Shown here: positions 27,885 to 37,929 of the stretch, piece by piece | Numbering within the stretch: the stretch's first letter is position 1 | Layout: the number at the start of each line of letters is the position of its first letter | DNA from: a virus | Reading direction: 5' to 3' (one strand) | IMG/VR virus record: IMGVR_UViG_3300024054_000008 | Span: 64,001-128,000 of that record | DNA: 64,000 nt | The notes under the pieces: generated by a model | The model's input: the letters and a program-made list of their open reading frames with translations, nothing else | What the model was told of the DNA's origin: nothing | Database searches by the model: none | Position numbers and translations under genes: made by a program

Positions 27885-30530
27885 CTATGCAAAAGCAATA
27901 ACATTAGCTATCAATTCTATGTTAGATGAAGTTTTTGTTTCTTTGCCTTTCTCATTCTGAAGACGGAATTTGACCGTAGCTCGTACACGTGAACTTCTGT
28001 CTCTTAACATTTTTTCAAGATGTTCATATGGAATTCGTTTTGAAACCGCCCATCTAACACCAGGGTTCGGGTCTTTTAACATTTCTTCAAGATGTGACGG
28101 GTCTATTCTTTCAGCCACGATCCGTCTAATATTTGAATCTGAATCATCAATTAATTTTGGTAAATGCGATTCATCAATATTTCTAGCAACAGCCATTCTC
28201 ACGCCATGTTTATTACTATCAATGTGTTTCAAGAGAAAATCTTGGTCAACCTTCTTAAATATTTTATTTACCACGTCAGCATACCATTTTGAGAAATCAA
28301 GCTTTTCAAAAACATCAGGATAGAATTTTTTATCAATTTTACCGAGTATAAGACCTAAAACCGTATTTTTTTCATCAAACAACTCAATTTTTTCAAGAAC
28401 CTTATGCGCGTATTCTTTAGGAAGAAGCCTGACAACCTGTTGTTCAACTCCATAACCTAGTTTAGGAGCTTCTGCTTTACCATCAAAATATCGCATTAAT
28501 TCATGCAGTTTAATAACAACAGAAGCATGCCTTTTAACATGCTCAATGCCATCATCTTCAAGATTCGGAAAATTTTCTAATTTAGCACGTTCTTCGTTAC
28601 TACCGATCCATGCGATTACATCATTTGGATCATCAGATTTATCAAACCCAGTTTCATCGTACTTTCCACCATAGTTCATCATAACGCTGTTAGCAAGTAA
28701 TCTGATCTGTTCATTTTCGTCGTTAAGAAAACGTTGCACAAATTCGCGCGTTTCTTTTCTGCCGGAACTTGAGAAACTGTGAACTCCAGGCAAGCCTTTT
28801 CTTTTTATATATTCAAGAACAAAACATTTTTTGTCCACATCACTACTTTTAGAAAATTCATCTAACTGTTCTCTACTTACACTACGATTTATAATTATTG
28901 CTTTTCTAACAAATTTAGAACTATCAGATAATGGCTTTAATTTTTCAGGAACTGAAGAATTTGATTGAATACTTGCTCTAACTTTTTCATTCGGATGATT
29001 TATCAATTTATTCAATAACTTGTCATCAATTTCCTTTAAATTAACTTTTGCAACTTCTGCCACAACTTCATCATCTGGGTCATTTAACAATTCAATAACA
29101 GCTTTTTTGTACAAGCCACTATGTTGCCCACGTAGCCAACGTTTCAATCCTTCAGCAAAAGCTTTTCTAACATCAACATCTGGATCTTTTAATAAATTCC
29201 AAATCAAATTAAAATTTACTTCATCAGGTTTACTAAACAAATTTATCAAAATTGATTTTCTAATATTTGGATTTTCACTATTTGAGTATTCTTTTATTTG
29301 TTCTTCGTTTAATGTTGCCCTTTCAATAACAATATGTTCATTAGCATCACTTAATTCTTTACGAAATTTTGGGTCACTTATTCTATTTATCAAATCAATT
29401 GCAGGTTTTGACCAACCAACTCCATGATAATTACCAGCAAAAAATTCTGGATTGCGTTCAAGATAAAACCTTATTAATTCGTCAAATTGCGGACCATCGT
29501 TCATTAAATCAAAATTTACAGGATAATTTTTCTTGCTTAGATCAATAAGAATGTCATCTAATTCCGGTGACTTAGAACAAATTTTGTTAGTCATATGATA
29601 AACGAGACTGTCAGATAAATCTCCTTTCAGTACTCTATCTAATATTGGTTTATCAAGTTCTTCTTTTGGTTCTATATAAGGTATAATTGGTGACAACCCT
29701 TCATCATCTAAAGACATAAAATAGTGTCTGGCATCACTAGGTGAAATCGTCCCTTTCTTAAGCGAAACTATAGGACCATCTGGAGCATTTGGCGCATCTT
29801 CTAAAACAATTTGGTTGATATGACTAAATTCTGGTATTCCAGGTATGGACTGTCTAGTTATAACTTTATCTCTAGCATTGAAAATTGTGACACGCTCAAC
29901 TTCGTTATCAATACCTCTACGAACGTCCCAAGCAATTTTTGAAAACTCTTTTGGAGTTTTAACATCGCGAAAATCAACGTTTTCTTTCTGACCTTCTTCT
30001 TCAGCTCGTTTGTCTATCAAAAAATAAAAAACACTATTGCCACCCTTATATGATTCCCAGTAATGATGGGCTCTCATTGTTATGCACCATTTGGTGCCTT
30101 TACCATATTGTATACACGCATCACGGGTATCAATTCTAAATAAAACGTGCGTATCACTTTCCCAAAGTTTAGTAGCACCTTCGGATTTGATACGTTCTTT
30201 CTGTTTAGTTTTGGACTCAGGCAAATCTTTAATAGTGTTTTCAAGTTCCTTCAATGATTTATATTGATTAATATCTTTCTTATCTAATCTCTGTTGATTT
30301 TTATGAAATGCCTCAACAGTTGGGATGAGATCTTCTAATTTTGCTTTTTGTTTTAATTGTTTAACAGACCATTCTAAATATTTACCCTTTTTAGATGGAT
30401 CTGATTCAGACAATTGTTTGATTTCATCTTCTAAATCAGGGTTAGCTGATATCAAATCATCAACTTTTGCAGCAACAAGAATGCGAAAAGCTATTTTTGA
30501 TAATCTATACGGATACAACAAAAATAACAT
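27885..30530 (-). CDS. Large protein: N-terminal GTKWCI-type domain + HEAT/LRV-like repeats
   Basis: KYLEW..K, KDINQYKSL.EL, GKGTKWCIT; repeated L..DP..xVR.AVA units (DSDSNIRRIVA, DPNPGVRWAVS, DRSSRVRATV). Confidence 0.7.
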   Translation of the reverse strand: MLFLLYPYRLSKIAFRILVAAKVDDLISANPDLEDEIKQLSESDPSKKGKYLEWSVKQLKQKAKLEDLIPTVEAFHKNQQRLDKKDINQYKSLKELENTIKDLPESKTKQKERIKSEGATKLWESDTHVLFRIDTRDACIQYGKGTKWCITMRAHHYWESYKGGNSVFYFLIDKRAEEEGQKENVDFRDVKTPKEFSKIAWDVRRGIDNEVERVTIFNARDKVITRQSIPGIPEFSHINQIVLEDAPNAPDGPIVSLKKGTISPSDARHYFMSLDDEGLSPIIPYIEPKEELDKPILDRVLKGDLSDSLVYHMTNKICSKSPELDDILIDLSKKNYPVNFDLMNDGPQFDELIRFYLERNPEFFAGNYHGVGWSKPAIDLINRISDPKFRKELSDANEHIVIERATLNEEQIKEYSNSENPNIRKSILINLFSKPDEVNFNLIWNLLKDPDVDVRKAFAEGLKRWLRGQHSGLYKKAVIELLNDPDDEVVAEVAKVNLKEIDDKLLNKLINHPNEKVRASIQSNSSVPEKLKPLSDSSKFVRKAIIINRSVSREQLDEFSKSSDVDKKCFVLEYIKRKGLPGVHSFSSSGRKETREFVQRFLNDENEQIRLLANSVMMNYGGKYDETGFDKSDDPNDVIAWIGSNEERAKLENFPNLEDDGIEHVKRHASVVIKLHELMRYFDGKAEAPKLGYGVEQQVVRLLPKEYAHKVLEKIELFDEKNTVLGLILGKIDKKFYPDVFEKLDFSKWYADVVNKIFKKVDQDFLLKHIDSNKHGVRMAVARNIDESHLPKLIDDSDSNIRRIVAERIDPSHLEEMLKDPNPGVRWAVSKRIPYEHLEKMLRDRSSRVRATVKFRLQNEKGKETKTSSNIELIANVIAFA

Positions 30531-30576
30531 GCTAATAGTTATTTGTCATAAAAAACTAAAGTAATGTAATAAATTA

Positions 30577-30801
30577 ATGAACAAGCCGCGCGTTTTTGAA
30601 AACGGGTCAGTTACAATTGTTTCGAACGATAAAGATATAAGATTATACGTTGGGGTACATGAAATAAAAAAATTTTCAAAAATTGAATTAATTCATGATA
30701 AACTAAATAAATTAATAATATCTATTGATGGCAAATCAATTGAATCTGAAGAATCAGAAAGAATTCTATCGACATTAACTTGGGTAACAATCAAGGAATA
30801 A
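30577..30801 (+). CDS. Small hypothetical protein
   Basis: 74 aa ORF with an upstream TGTAAT element. Confidence 0.5.
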   Translation: MNKPRVFENGSVTIVSNDKDIRLYVGVHEIKKFSKIELIHDKLNKLIISIDGKSIESEESERILSTLTWVTIKE

Positions 30802-31387
30802 TTTCAATCTTAGTCTTCTTTATCTCTTGATCCAAATTCTTTTTTCGTTTTAGATGGATGCCAATTTGTTCGGGGTTGTCCAACATATATTTATAACAGG
30901 ATTCGAAATAACCAACAACTGGGTTCAATGCGTCCTTTATCATTAATTCTTCCAAAATTAATTTACCGCTAGATGCATCAGAAAACAACCATTCTTCAGT
31001 AATTGGTGTGTCATTATTAATTTGACTCCAAACATTCCCATACGGAAGCATAACTAATGTATACTCGGTTTTTTTCAAATGCGGGGTAGGCTCAGTAACA
31101 AAATCTTCACGCCGCTTAATTGAAAAAAATACTCCATCGGGTAAATCAATACCTAACATTGATGTGGTCACCCATCTTTTAATACTCATAAGTTTTACCT
31201 CGGGGGTCTTCAAATGTAATTTTTTCCTAAGAGGAAGGCTACAATTATATAAAGCTGATGGTGATAATTTGACTACCCAAGGCCTAAAGTCACTAGGAAC
31301 TGTAGGAAATGTGTGTAATGATTCAATATATAATATTCCTATTTTATTAACTTTTTCCTGTATTAATTTTAGTTGATCAGAATCCAT
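30791..31387 (-). CDS. Hypothetical protein
   Basis: Probable start MDSDQL at 31387; the track extension to 31573 overlaps the next gene. Confidence 0.55.
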   Translation of the reverse strand: MDSDQLKLIQEKVNKIGILYIESLHTFPTVPSDFRPWVVKLSPSALYNCSLPLRKKLHLKTPEVKLMSIKRWVTTSMLGIDLPDGVFFSIKRREDFVTEPTPHLKKTEYTLVMLPYGNVWSQINNDTPITEEWLFSDASSGKLILEELMIKDALNPVVGYFESCYKYMLDNPEQIGIHLKRKKNLDQEIKKTKIEIIP

Positions 31388-33332
31388 GATTCGTCCTGTC
31401 CAAAACCAAACATTACCGGACAACAAATCAAATGCAAAATATGTTGAATTTATTTGTGATTGCGGCAACACATTCAAGCGAAGATGGAGGTCATTCAAAG
31501 ATGGTAACAACAAATCTTGTGGAAAATGCAATATATTTCGGATACATAATACAAAACAAATCACATTCGGCAAACTTAAGTTATTACAACAAATAACAAA
31601 AGATAATAAATCATCTGATCTAATTAAGGCAATATGTAACTGTGGAACACATAAAACTATTAAAATAAAATCACTGTTAGAAGGTGTTGAAAGTTGTGGT
31701 TGTTCAAGATATAAAGAAATAAAACATCATGAGACAAAACCAATAAACCAATGGAAAGAAGAACTACCAGAATTGGTCATAGACGAATCAACGCCGCAAA
31801 ACCTAAGTAGAAAAAGTTCTCAAGTTTGCAAATTTAAATGTAAATGCGGAAGTGTTTATTCAAAGAGGTTTGAGCATTACAAACCAAATAAGAGTTCTTG
31901 TGGCAAATGCGATGAAATAATAATTAAAAATGGCGACAAAATAAATAATTTTACGTACGTAGGGCACAAACTAAAATTAAAAACTAAGTCGATTAAAAAA
32001 GAACCATTTTTGTGTAAATGTGGAAAAACAAAACTTTTAAGACCTTATGCAGTGTTTCACTTACACCAGAAAATTTGCGGATCATGTTCAATTAAAGACA
32101 AACAATGGTGGGGCACAACAAAGTTCGGAAAAGTTAAAGCATTATATCCAGAAAAAATTGCGAACAAGAAACCAAAAAGCAACGACATGGGTTGGTTTAT
32201 TTGTGATTGTGGACAAAAATTTACGAGAAAAATTTGCATTGTGACAAATGGCAGAAACCAATCTTGCGGAAAATGTAGAAAAGTCTCTGGAAGTTGGTTC
32301 TTCTTAAATAAAGAAAATTTAGAAAAATTAAAATTTCCATTAAAGAAAGAAAATTTTCCGAAAGGTGGCCCGATACCATTATCAGATATAAAATCTAAGA
32401 GCAAAAAAACATTGTTTGAATGTTGGTTATGCAAAAGACGTTATGAATGCGTTGTAACGGACATAATACGAGGAGTTTCATTATCATGCGGATGTTCTTC
32501 AGGATCAATATCAAAAATGAATTTTGAGGTAAATTCATTTTTAAATTCGATCGGAGTCAATTCAGAACTCGAATATGATTTAAACAAATTAAAATATGAC
32601 ATTGCAATTCCAACAAAAAAATTGCTCATAGAAATGCACGGACTAAAATGGCATTCGGAACAAGAATCAAAATCAAGAGATGCGTTAAAATTCAATAATG
32701 CAATAAAAAATAATAACGAATTAATCGTAATATATGAAGACGAATGGGCAAACAAAAATTTGATATTTAAAAATATAATATCTAATCGTCTTGGAATAAA
32801 AAACATTAAAACAGCAAGAGCAAACAAATGCTCAATATTACAAATTGACAACAAAACAATCAATGCATTTTATGAAAAATTTCATTATATAGGTCCAACC
32901 AACTCAAAATATAATTACGGTGCTTTCTTAGATAATGAGTTGGTGGCAGCAATGTCATTTAGGAAACCAACAAGACCAACAAATGCAGAATTTGAACTAT
33001 CACGGATGGCCGGCGATTTTGATATAAAAATTCATGGTATATGGAGTAAATTATTAAGAAAATTCATACAAGACCAAAATCCGAATTCAATAGTAACATA
33101 TTCGGACAATCGATTGTTTTCTGGCAAAACTTACCAAAAAATTGGGTTTAAATTAGACGGACACATAAAACCAGATTATTATTGGGTGTTAAATATGAAA
33201 AGATTCAATAAGTCAGCTCTAAGAAAACCAAAAAACACAACAATTACAGAAACTCAATTAAGAACCTCACAAGGATATAGAAAAATTTGGGATTACGGTA
33301 AAACCAGATGGTTGTGGAAAAAGGAGCTATAA
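31386..33332 (+). CDS. Multi-Zn-finger + PD-(D/E)XK (Hef-like) endonuclease + GNAT-like domain
   Basis: At least 6 CxCG...SCG repeats; KYDIAI...LIEMHGLKWH; FHYIG...GAF..ELVAAMSF...ELSR...IVTYSDNR..SG..Y..IGF. Confidence 0.75.
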   Translation: MIRPVQNQTLPDNKSNAKYVEFICDCGNTFKRRWRSFKDGNNKSCGKCNIFRIHNTKQITFGKLKLLQQITKDNKSSDLIKAICNCGTHKTIKIKSLLEGVESCGCSRYKEIKHHETKPINQWKEELPELVIDESTPQNLSRKSSQVCKFKCKCGSVYSKRFEHYKPNKSSCGKCDEIIIKNGDKINNFTYVGHKLKLKTKSIKKEPFLCKCGKTKLLRPYAVFHLHQKICGSCSIKDKQWWGTTKFGKVKALYPEKIANKKPKSNDMGWFICDCGQKFTRKICIVTNGRNQSCGKCRKVSGSWFFLNKENLEKLKFPLKKENFPKGGPIPLSDIKSKSKKTLFECWLCKRRYECVVTDIIRGVSLSCGCSSGSISKMNFEVNSFLNSIGVNSELEYDLNKLKYDIAIPTKKLLIEMHGLKWHSEQESKSRDALKFNNAIKNNNELIVIYEDEWANKNLIFKNIISNRLGIKNIKTARANKCSILQIDNKTINAFYEKFHYIGPTNSKYNYGAFLDNELVAAMSFRKPTRPTNAEFELSRMAGDFDIKIHGIWSKLLRKFIQDQNPNSIVTYSDNRLFSGKTYQKIGFKLDGHIKPDYYWVLNMKRFNKSALRKPKNTTITETQLRTSQGYRKIWDYGKTRWLWKKEL

Positions 33333-33334
33333 GT

Positions 33335-34687
33335 ATGAACAAAATAGAAGTATTTTGTTTGATGGATGAACACGGTAAGTTCCTTGAACCAGCGATACAA
33401 GCAACAACTCTTGCTAAATATTCAAGATCATCAGAATCTGCAAAAGAAATAGTCAAATCAATATCATTGGAATCGGCTGAAAAATTTCAAGAAAAATGGG
33501 TTGTTGAATATGGTCACAACTCTGTTGCAGAATTGGCGTGCATACCAGTTTGCTTTGAAAATGTATCAATAATAGCATCTAAATTCATAGAATCTTGGCA
33601 AAGACCAGGCTTTTCAGAAAAGAGCACAAGGTATCAAAAATTTAGTATAGACAATTTTGTTACTCCGCCGGGTTGTTCAGACACAATGAAAAGATTCGTT
33701 AAAAAATTTTACGATACATATGAATCTTTACATTCAAAAATGCTAAAACGATGTGCAAAACTAATGGGTTATAATTCAAATGATGAAAAAATTCTGTTAA
33801 AGAATTCTGTTAAAGCAAGAACTTTCGATAATCTAAGATATTTGCTTCCAGCCGGCACTGGAACAAATCTAGCAGCTGTAATCAACATGAGAGATGCAAG
33901 AAATTTGATAACAAGTATGAAAGGACACCAAAATTCTGAATTTAGAGAAATAGGTGATAAAACACAACACGCAATAGAAAAAATATGCCCGGTTCTATTA
34001 CGACACACAGAACCAGACAATTACTCATTAGACACAAAACATCTTGGTGATATAAGTACAAAATTCAAAATAACAAATCCAAATTGGTATGTTGATTTTT
34101 ATGAATCATTTTGTTCGAAAAATGAAAACAGTGAAGAAACACAGAAAAGATTTATGAAGTCAATAAAAGATGTATATGGCATGGATTTTGATACATTTTC
34201 AAAATTCATGGAAGCAAGACCTGAACATAAAGAGATACCAGACTTATTTAAAACGATAAGAATAGCATTCGACATAATGACAGATTATGGATCATTCAGA
34301 GATTTACAAAGACACAGGCGATGTGAACAATTCATAGAACCATTAACTATAAATTATGGTTACATAATACCAGATGACATGTCTGGAACAGATATTGAAG
34401 AATCATATGTACAAGCTATGGAATCGATTAATTCGTATGGCGATGACAAAATTTTACATAGTCAATATTATCAATATATGATACCACTTGGTTATTTACA
34501 TAGGTCAGTCTTTGTTATGGATTTAAAAGAACTATATTACATAGTTGAATTAAGAACAAAACCGCACGGGCATCAATCTTATCGAAAAGTAGCATACGAG
34601 ATGTATGAACTAGCAAAAAACAAATATCCATTATTAATGCAGTGGTGCAGAGCGACACACCCAAGCATAGTTGGTGAACACCTTTGA
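33335..34687 (+). CDS. thyX: Flavin-dependent thymidylate synthase (long, two-domain form)
   Basis: YGHNSVAE, SEKSTRY, ARTFDNLRYLLP, FRDLQRHR, ELRT..GH.SYR. SD AAGGAG before ATG 33335. Confidence 0.88.
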   Translation: MNKIEVFCLMDEHGKFLEPAIQATTLAKYSRSSESAKEIVKSISLESAEKFQEKWVVEYGHNSVAELACIPVCFENVSIIASKFIESWQRPGFSEKSTRYQKFSIDNFVTPPGCSDTMKRFVKKFYDTYESLHSKMLKRCAKLMGYNSNDEKILLKNSVKARTFDNLRYLLPAGTGTNLAAVINMRDARNLITSMKGHQNSEFREIGDKTQHAIEKICPVLLRHTEPDNYSLDTKHLGDISTKFKITNPNWYVDFYESFCSKNENSEETQKRFMKSIKDVYGMDFDTFSKFMEARPEHKEIPDLFKTIRIAFDIMTDYGSFRDLQRHRRCEQFIEPLTINYGYIIPDDMSGTDIEESYVQAMESINSYGDDKILHSQYYQYMIPLGYLHRSVFVMDLKELYYIVELRTKPHGHQSYRKVAYEMYELAKNKYPLLMQWCRATHPSIVGEHL

Positions 34688-34702
34688 ATGTAATTTCAAT
34701 TT

Positions 34703-35056
34703 ATGGATCTAAGTCAACTAATTTGGCCAGTCAGAAAAGCACTTTTAGACAGAAGAGAGGTTCTTCAAAAAGAGCTAGATCAAATTAACATGCTATTAGA
34801 AACGGCTGGCATTGTTTCCAACGGTGAAATCAAAACTAGTAAAAGAATTAAACACAAAATATCAATAGTAGAAGCAGTTCTAAAATATATTAAGAGTAAC
34901 CAAGGGTGCTCAATGAGCCAGATAATAGAAGGCATTGAAAAAATTAGGCCGGGAACTCCTCGTGGTAGTGTAGCACCACAAGTGGCAAAACTTAAAAAAG
35001 ATAAATTGATAACATCAAAGGGTAAAATTAAAAACTTCAAATACTTTGCTAAATAA
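34703..35056 (+). CDS. Winged-helix DNA-binding protein
   Basis: N-terminal coiled coil; VLKYIK...SMSQIIE...SVAPQVAKLKKDKLI.S.G wHTH pattern. Confidence 0.55.
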   Translation: MDLSQLIWPVRKALLDRREVLQKELDQINMLLETAGIVSNGEIKTSKRIKHKISIVEAVLKYIKSNQGCSMSQIIEGIEKIRPGTPRGSVAPQVAKLKKDKLITSKGKIKNFKYFAK

Positions 35057-35085
35057 TTGACAAAGTAACGTTTTGAATGTAAGAT
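35057..35085 (+). promoter_or_regulatory. Near-consensus sigma70 promoter
   Basis: TTGACA (35057-62), 17-nt spacer, TAAGAT (35080-85). Confidence 0.7.
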
Positions 35086-35131
35086 GGTGTTGAAAATGAC
35101 TTTCCAATAGGTTCAAAGAATAATTAATTAC

Positions 35132-36478
35132 GTGAGTTGCTGCCAGACCAAGGCAAAGAACAACTCACAGTTTCTCTATTTAAAGAAACTCAGCGTAGAT
35201 TATGCAATGCTGAGTATATCAAGATTAATAAATATTATAAGCAAAAAGAAGGATAAAAAGATGCAAAAAAGCGAATTTGTATTCAACGATATGACGCCTG
35301 AGTTGCAGGCGTACATTGACCATGAAGAAAACTATTTGAAATCATATACCAAAAGCGGCAAAGATAAAGATTTCTACAAGAAGTACAAAGAAAAATCGGA
35401 AGAGTTATTAAAGTCAGTTCAAGATGGATTGTTGGTCGAATACAAACAAGCGCGGAAAGCTTGGATGTGTAGAGACGAAATAAAGACGAACGAAAAATGC
35501 TATGAAAGTCCGTCTAAGAAATACAAACTTGTAATAACTTGGCATAAAACAGGAGAAAATTCGTGGAACTACACAAAGGGAAAAATTTATAAGAACGACG
35601 AGTTAATAACAGAGATATTACGAAATTATAGTTCTTTCCCGTTTTTGTTCATAGAGGGACATCAAAAAGGCGATTTTCTTGTATGCGGTGAAGATTATCA
35701 GGGGCAAACAATAGTTGAGTTGTCAACCGGAAAATATAGAAGCAATTCATCGAATGGAGCCGATGAAGGTTACGGATTCTGTTGGGCTGAGTATAAATTT
35801 GACGAAAAAAGCAACATTCTGACGGTATGCGGATGCCACTGGGCATGCCCATACGAATTTCGGTTTTTCGATTTTTCTGACCCAATGTCAGGTTGGCCAG
35901 AAATTGAATTAGATGAAACGGTTAACGAGGCAATCTATGAAGATAATGAATGGCCATTAATAGATGGCGAAACAATTAAAACATTTAACACAAATGAAGA
36001 AAATGATGAAAATGATGAACAAACAAAACAATCAATAAAAACGTTTAAACGAGAAAACAACAAATTAATATTAATTGACGAATGGATGTCAGATTCTGAA
36101 AAAGAACGACGTAAACATTTAGAAAAAACTAACCACGAATTTGAATTTTGGAAAAATGAGTTTAGATCATCAGATCCATTGTATTTAGTATATAAATCAA
36201 AACTAAAAGAAAAATGGTTGAATCCATCAGGTCATGAATCAATTGGCATAACTTATGATGGTTGGTGTCAAAATTTCAAGAAACAAGAACGTAGATGGTG
36301 TAGACGTATACACGAAGATGAACACAATACGTTTGATTTAGAATGGGCGGTTGAATCTGGTCCAGTAAAACTCGTTGTGTATAAAGATGGAAAACACATA
36401 GAAGACAAATTTTTCGATCATACACCAGACGGAATTAATAAAGCATTTGATTCAGCACAGTTAATAATTAGAGGGTAA
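35132..36478 (+). CDS. Hypothetical acidic protein
   Basis: Long ORF, first in the operon; true start may be 35204 or 35261. Confidence 0.7.
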   Translation: MSCCQTKAKNNSQFLYLKKLSVDYAMLSISRLINIISKKKDKKMQKSEFVFNDMTPELQAYIDHEENYLKSYTKSGKDKDFYKKYKEKSEELLKSVQDGLLVEYKQARKAWMCRDEIKTNEKCYESPSKKYKLVITWHKTGENSWNYTKGKIYKNDELITEILRNYSSFPFLFIEGHQKGDFLVCGEDYQGQTIVELSTGKYRSNSSNGADEGYGFCWAEYKFDEKSNILTVCGCHWACPYEFRFFDFSDPMSGWPEIELDETVNEAIYEDNEWPLIDGETIKTFNTNEENDENDEQTKQSIKTFKRENNKLILIDEWMSDSEKERRKHLEKTNHEFEFWKNEFRSSDPLYLVYKSKLKEKWLNPSGHESIGITYDGWCQNFKKQERRWCRRIHEDEHNTFDLEWAVESGPVKLVVYKDGKHIEDKFFDHTPDGINKAFDSAQLIIRG

Positions 36479-36479
36479 C

Positions 36480-36950
36480 ATGTCAATTTCTGAAGAAATA
36501 ACAAAGACAGAAAAAGAAGCCGCTGCTAAATTAGAGGAGATCGAACATCTTAAAAAATTAGAAAAAAATTTTCCAGACATAAAAAAACACATTGGTCGCT
36601 GGAACAAAGTAGCTTATTATTCTAAAACCATAAACGAAAAAGCTGACAGATTCGATAAGAGGTACAACTGCGGCTGCTGCAATGACTCACCGCTAGAAAT
36701 CTGGCCGTACTTAGAAACAGAGTTTGGAAAAATTTACACAGACCCACCAGTTTTTCGAGTAGGAGAAAAACATTGGATAAGTGGAAGTGTACCTTATAAG
36801 AATTGGGAAAAAAATTTGATAGAAGCCGGTATACAAGAATCAGTTATAGGTGCGATACAAATGCATTTTGAATATTCAAATAAAGAAAGATTAAAAATGG
36901 CAGAGGATGCAAACGAAACACAGAGAGGATCAAACGACGATGACTACTAA
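36480..36950 (+). CDS. Hypothetical protein
   Basis: Operonic ORF; CGCC motif. Confidence 0.6.
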   Translation: MSISEEITKTEKEAAAKLEEIEHLKKLEKNFPDIKKHIGRWNKVAYYSKTINEKADRFDKRYNCGCCNDSPLEIWPYLETEFGKIYTDPPVFRVGEKHWISGSVPYKNWEKNLIEAGIQESVIGAIQMHFEYSNKERLKMAEDANETQRGSNDDDY

Positions 36951-37716
36951 TGGACAAAACAGAACCTTAAAACTCCATCAAATATTGGCCGTTGACAACA
37001 GCACAAGAACACAAATACAAAAAGATCTGACAGAACTGTATCATTTGTTGCAAAAAACACAACTTTTGTCAGGTCTTTCTAGAACGTATGAACCAACAAA
37101 AGAAAATGGTGAACAATTAACACCAGAAGAGACATTGCTACAAGTCAGAACCCCAGACATAATAAGAAAGACTTCTGACATACTAGTGAATTTGTATGAC
37201 ACAGTCTCAACACGTGATTTCGCAAATTGCGATGCAAAAGCTGATGTTATATTGGAAGACGGATCTATCTTGATAAAAGATGCTCCTGCAACCTTTCTTC
37301 TTTGGCTTGAAAAGAAATTGGATGACGTACACACGTTAGTTTCAAATTTACCAGTTCTTCCAGCCGACACAGAATGGGTCTTTGACGAAGCTCAAAATTG
37401 TTACAAAAATAAAAATGCTGTTAAAACTGCAAAAACCGAGAAAGTCTTTTATCCATTAGTTTTATTTGAAGGAAATGACAAACACCCACCACAAGTCTCA
37501 GAAAAATCAAGAGAAGAAGTGATCGGATATTGGACAACAATAAAATATTCTGGATCTTTAGAGGCAAAAGAAGTAGCAAAAATAAAAAATAGAGTTGAAA
37601 AACTACAAAAGGCGGTAAAATTTGCAAGAGAAAAAGCAAATTCAGTTGATGCACCAAAAATAGAGGTGGGCAAGAAAATCATGGATTACATTTTCAGGGA
37701 ATACCTGCAAGTGTAA
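36907..37716 (+). CDS. Conserved uncharacterised coiled-coil/beta-insert protein (KLHQIxAV family; possibly DUF7873, unverified)
   Basis: KLHQILAV...GLSRTYEP..E.GE.L.PE...AN..AKADV...PATFLL.LEKKL...W..D...TAKT.K...V.GYW....SG...RVEKL..AVK.ARE.AN. I recall this pattern from a family in bacteria and phages. Confidence 0.7.
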   Translation: MQTKHREDQTTMTTNGQNRTLKLHQILAVDNSTRTQIQKDLTELYHLLQKTQLLSGLSRTYEPTKENGEQLTPEETLLQVRTPDIIRKTSDILVNLYDTVSTRDFANCDAKADVILEDGSILIKDAPATFLLWLEKKLDDVHTLVSNLPVLPADTEWVFDEAQNCYKNKNAVKTAKTEKVFYPLVLFEGNDKHPPQVSEKSREEVIGYWTTIKYSGSLEAKEVAKIKNRVEKLQKAVKFAREKANSVDAPKIEVGKKIMDYIFREYLQV

Positions 37717-37725
37717 TCTGAAGAC

Positions 37726-37895
37726 TAGGGTATAAGATAAGAATCAGAATAAAGATCAGAGAAGCATCTTGATGTGGGAGAGATCCCTGTGCATGTTCGA
37801 ATCGTGCCCTCCACGCCAAACAAAAACATTCTGTGGAGGTAGCCCAACTGGCAAGAGGCACATCAAGGTGTGGAAAAGATAAAGCTGATACCCTA
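37726..37895 (+). ncRNA. Circularly permuted tRNA-like RNA #1 (T arm and CCA upstream of D arm)
   Basis: Outer stem TAGGGTAT 37726-33 / ATACCCTA 37888-95. Stem CATCTTGATG 37765-74 / CATCAAGGTG 37861-70. GGGA-GAGA-TCCC arm. T arm GCATG-TTCGAAT-CGTGC 37791-807. CCTCCAC-G-CCA 37808-18 pairs with GTGGAGG 37833-39. D arm TA-GCC-CAACTGGCAAGA-GGC. Confidence 0.75.
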
Positions 37896-37929
37896 AGATA
37901 AGAAAACAGCACACGTGCCTAATCGACCA

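Noticed and set aside
37726-37895. Two-piece tmRNA or an ordinary spliced permuted tRNA
   Set aside because: No G3-U70 alanine identity pair, a true D stem is present, no tag ORF or pseudoknots were seen, and no canonical anticodon loop or BHB motif can be formed.
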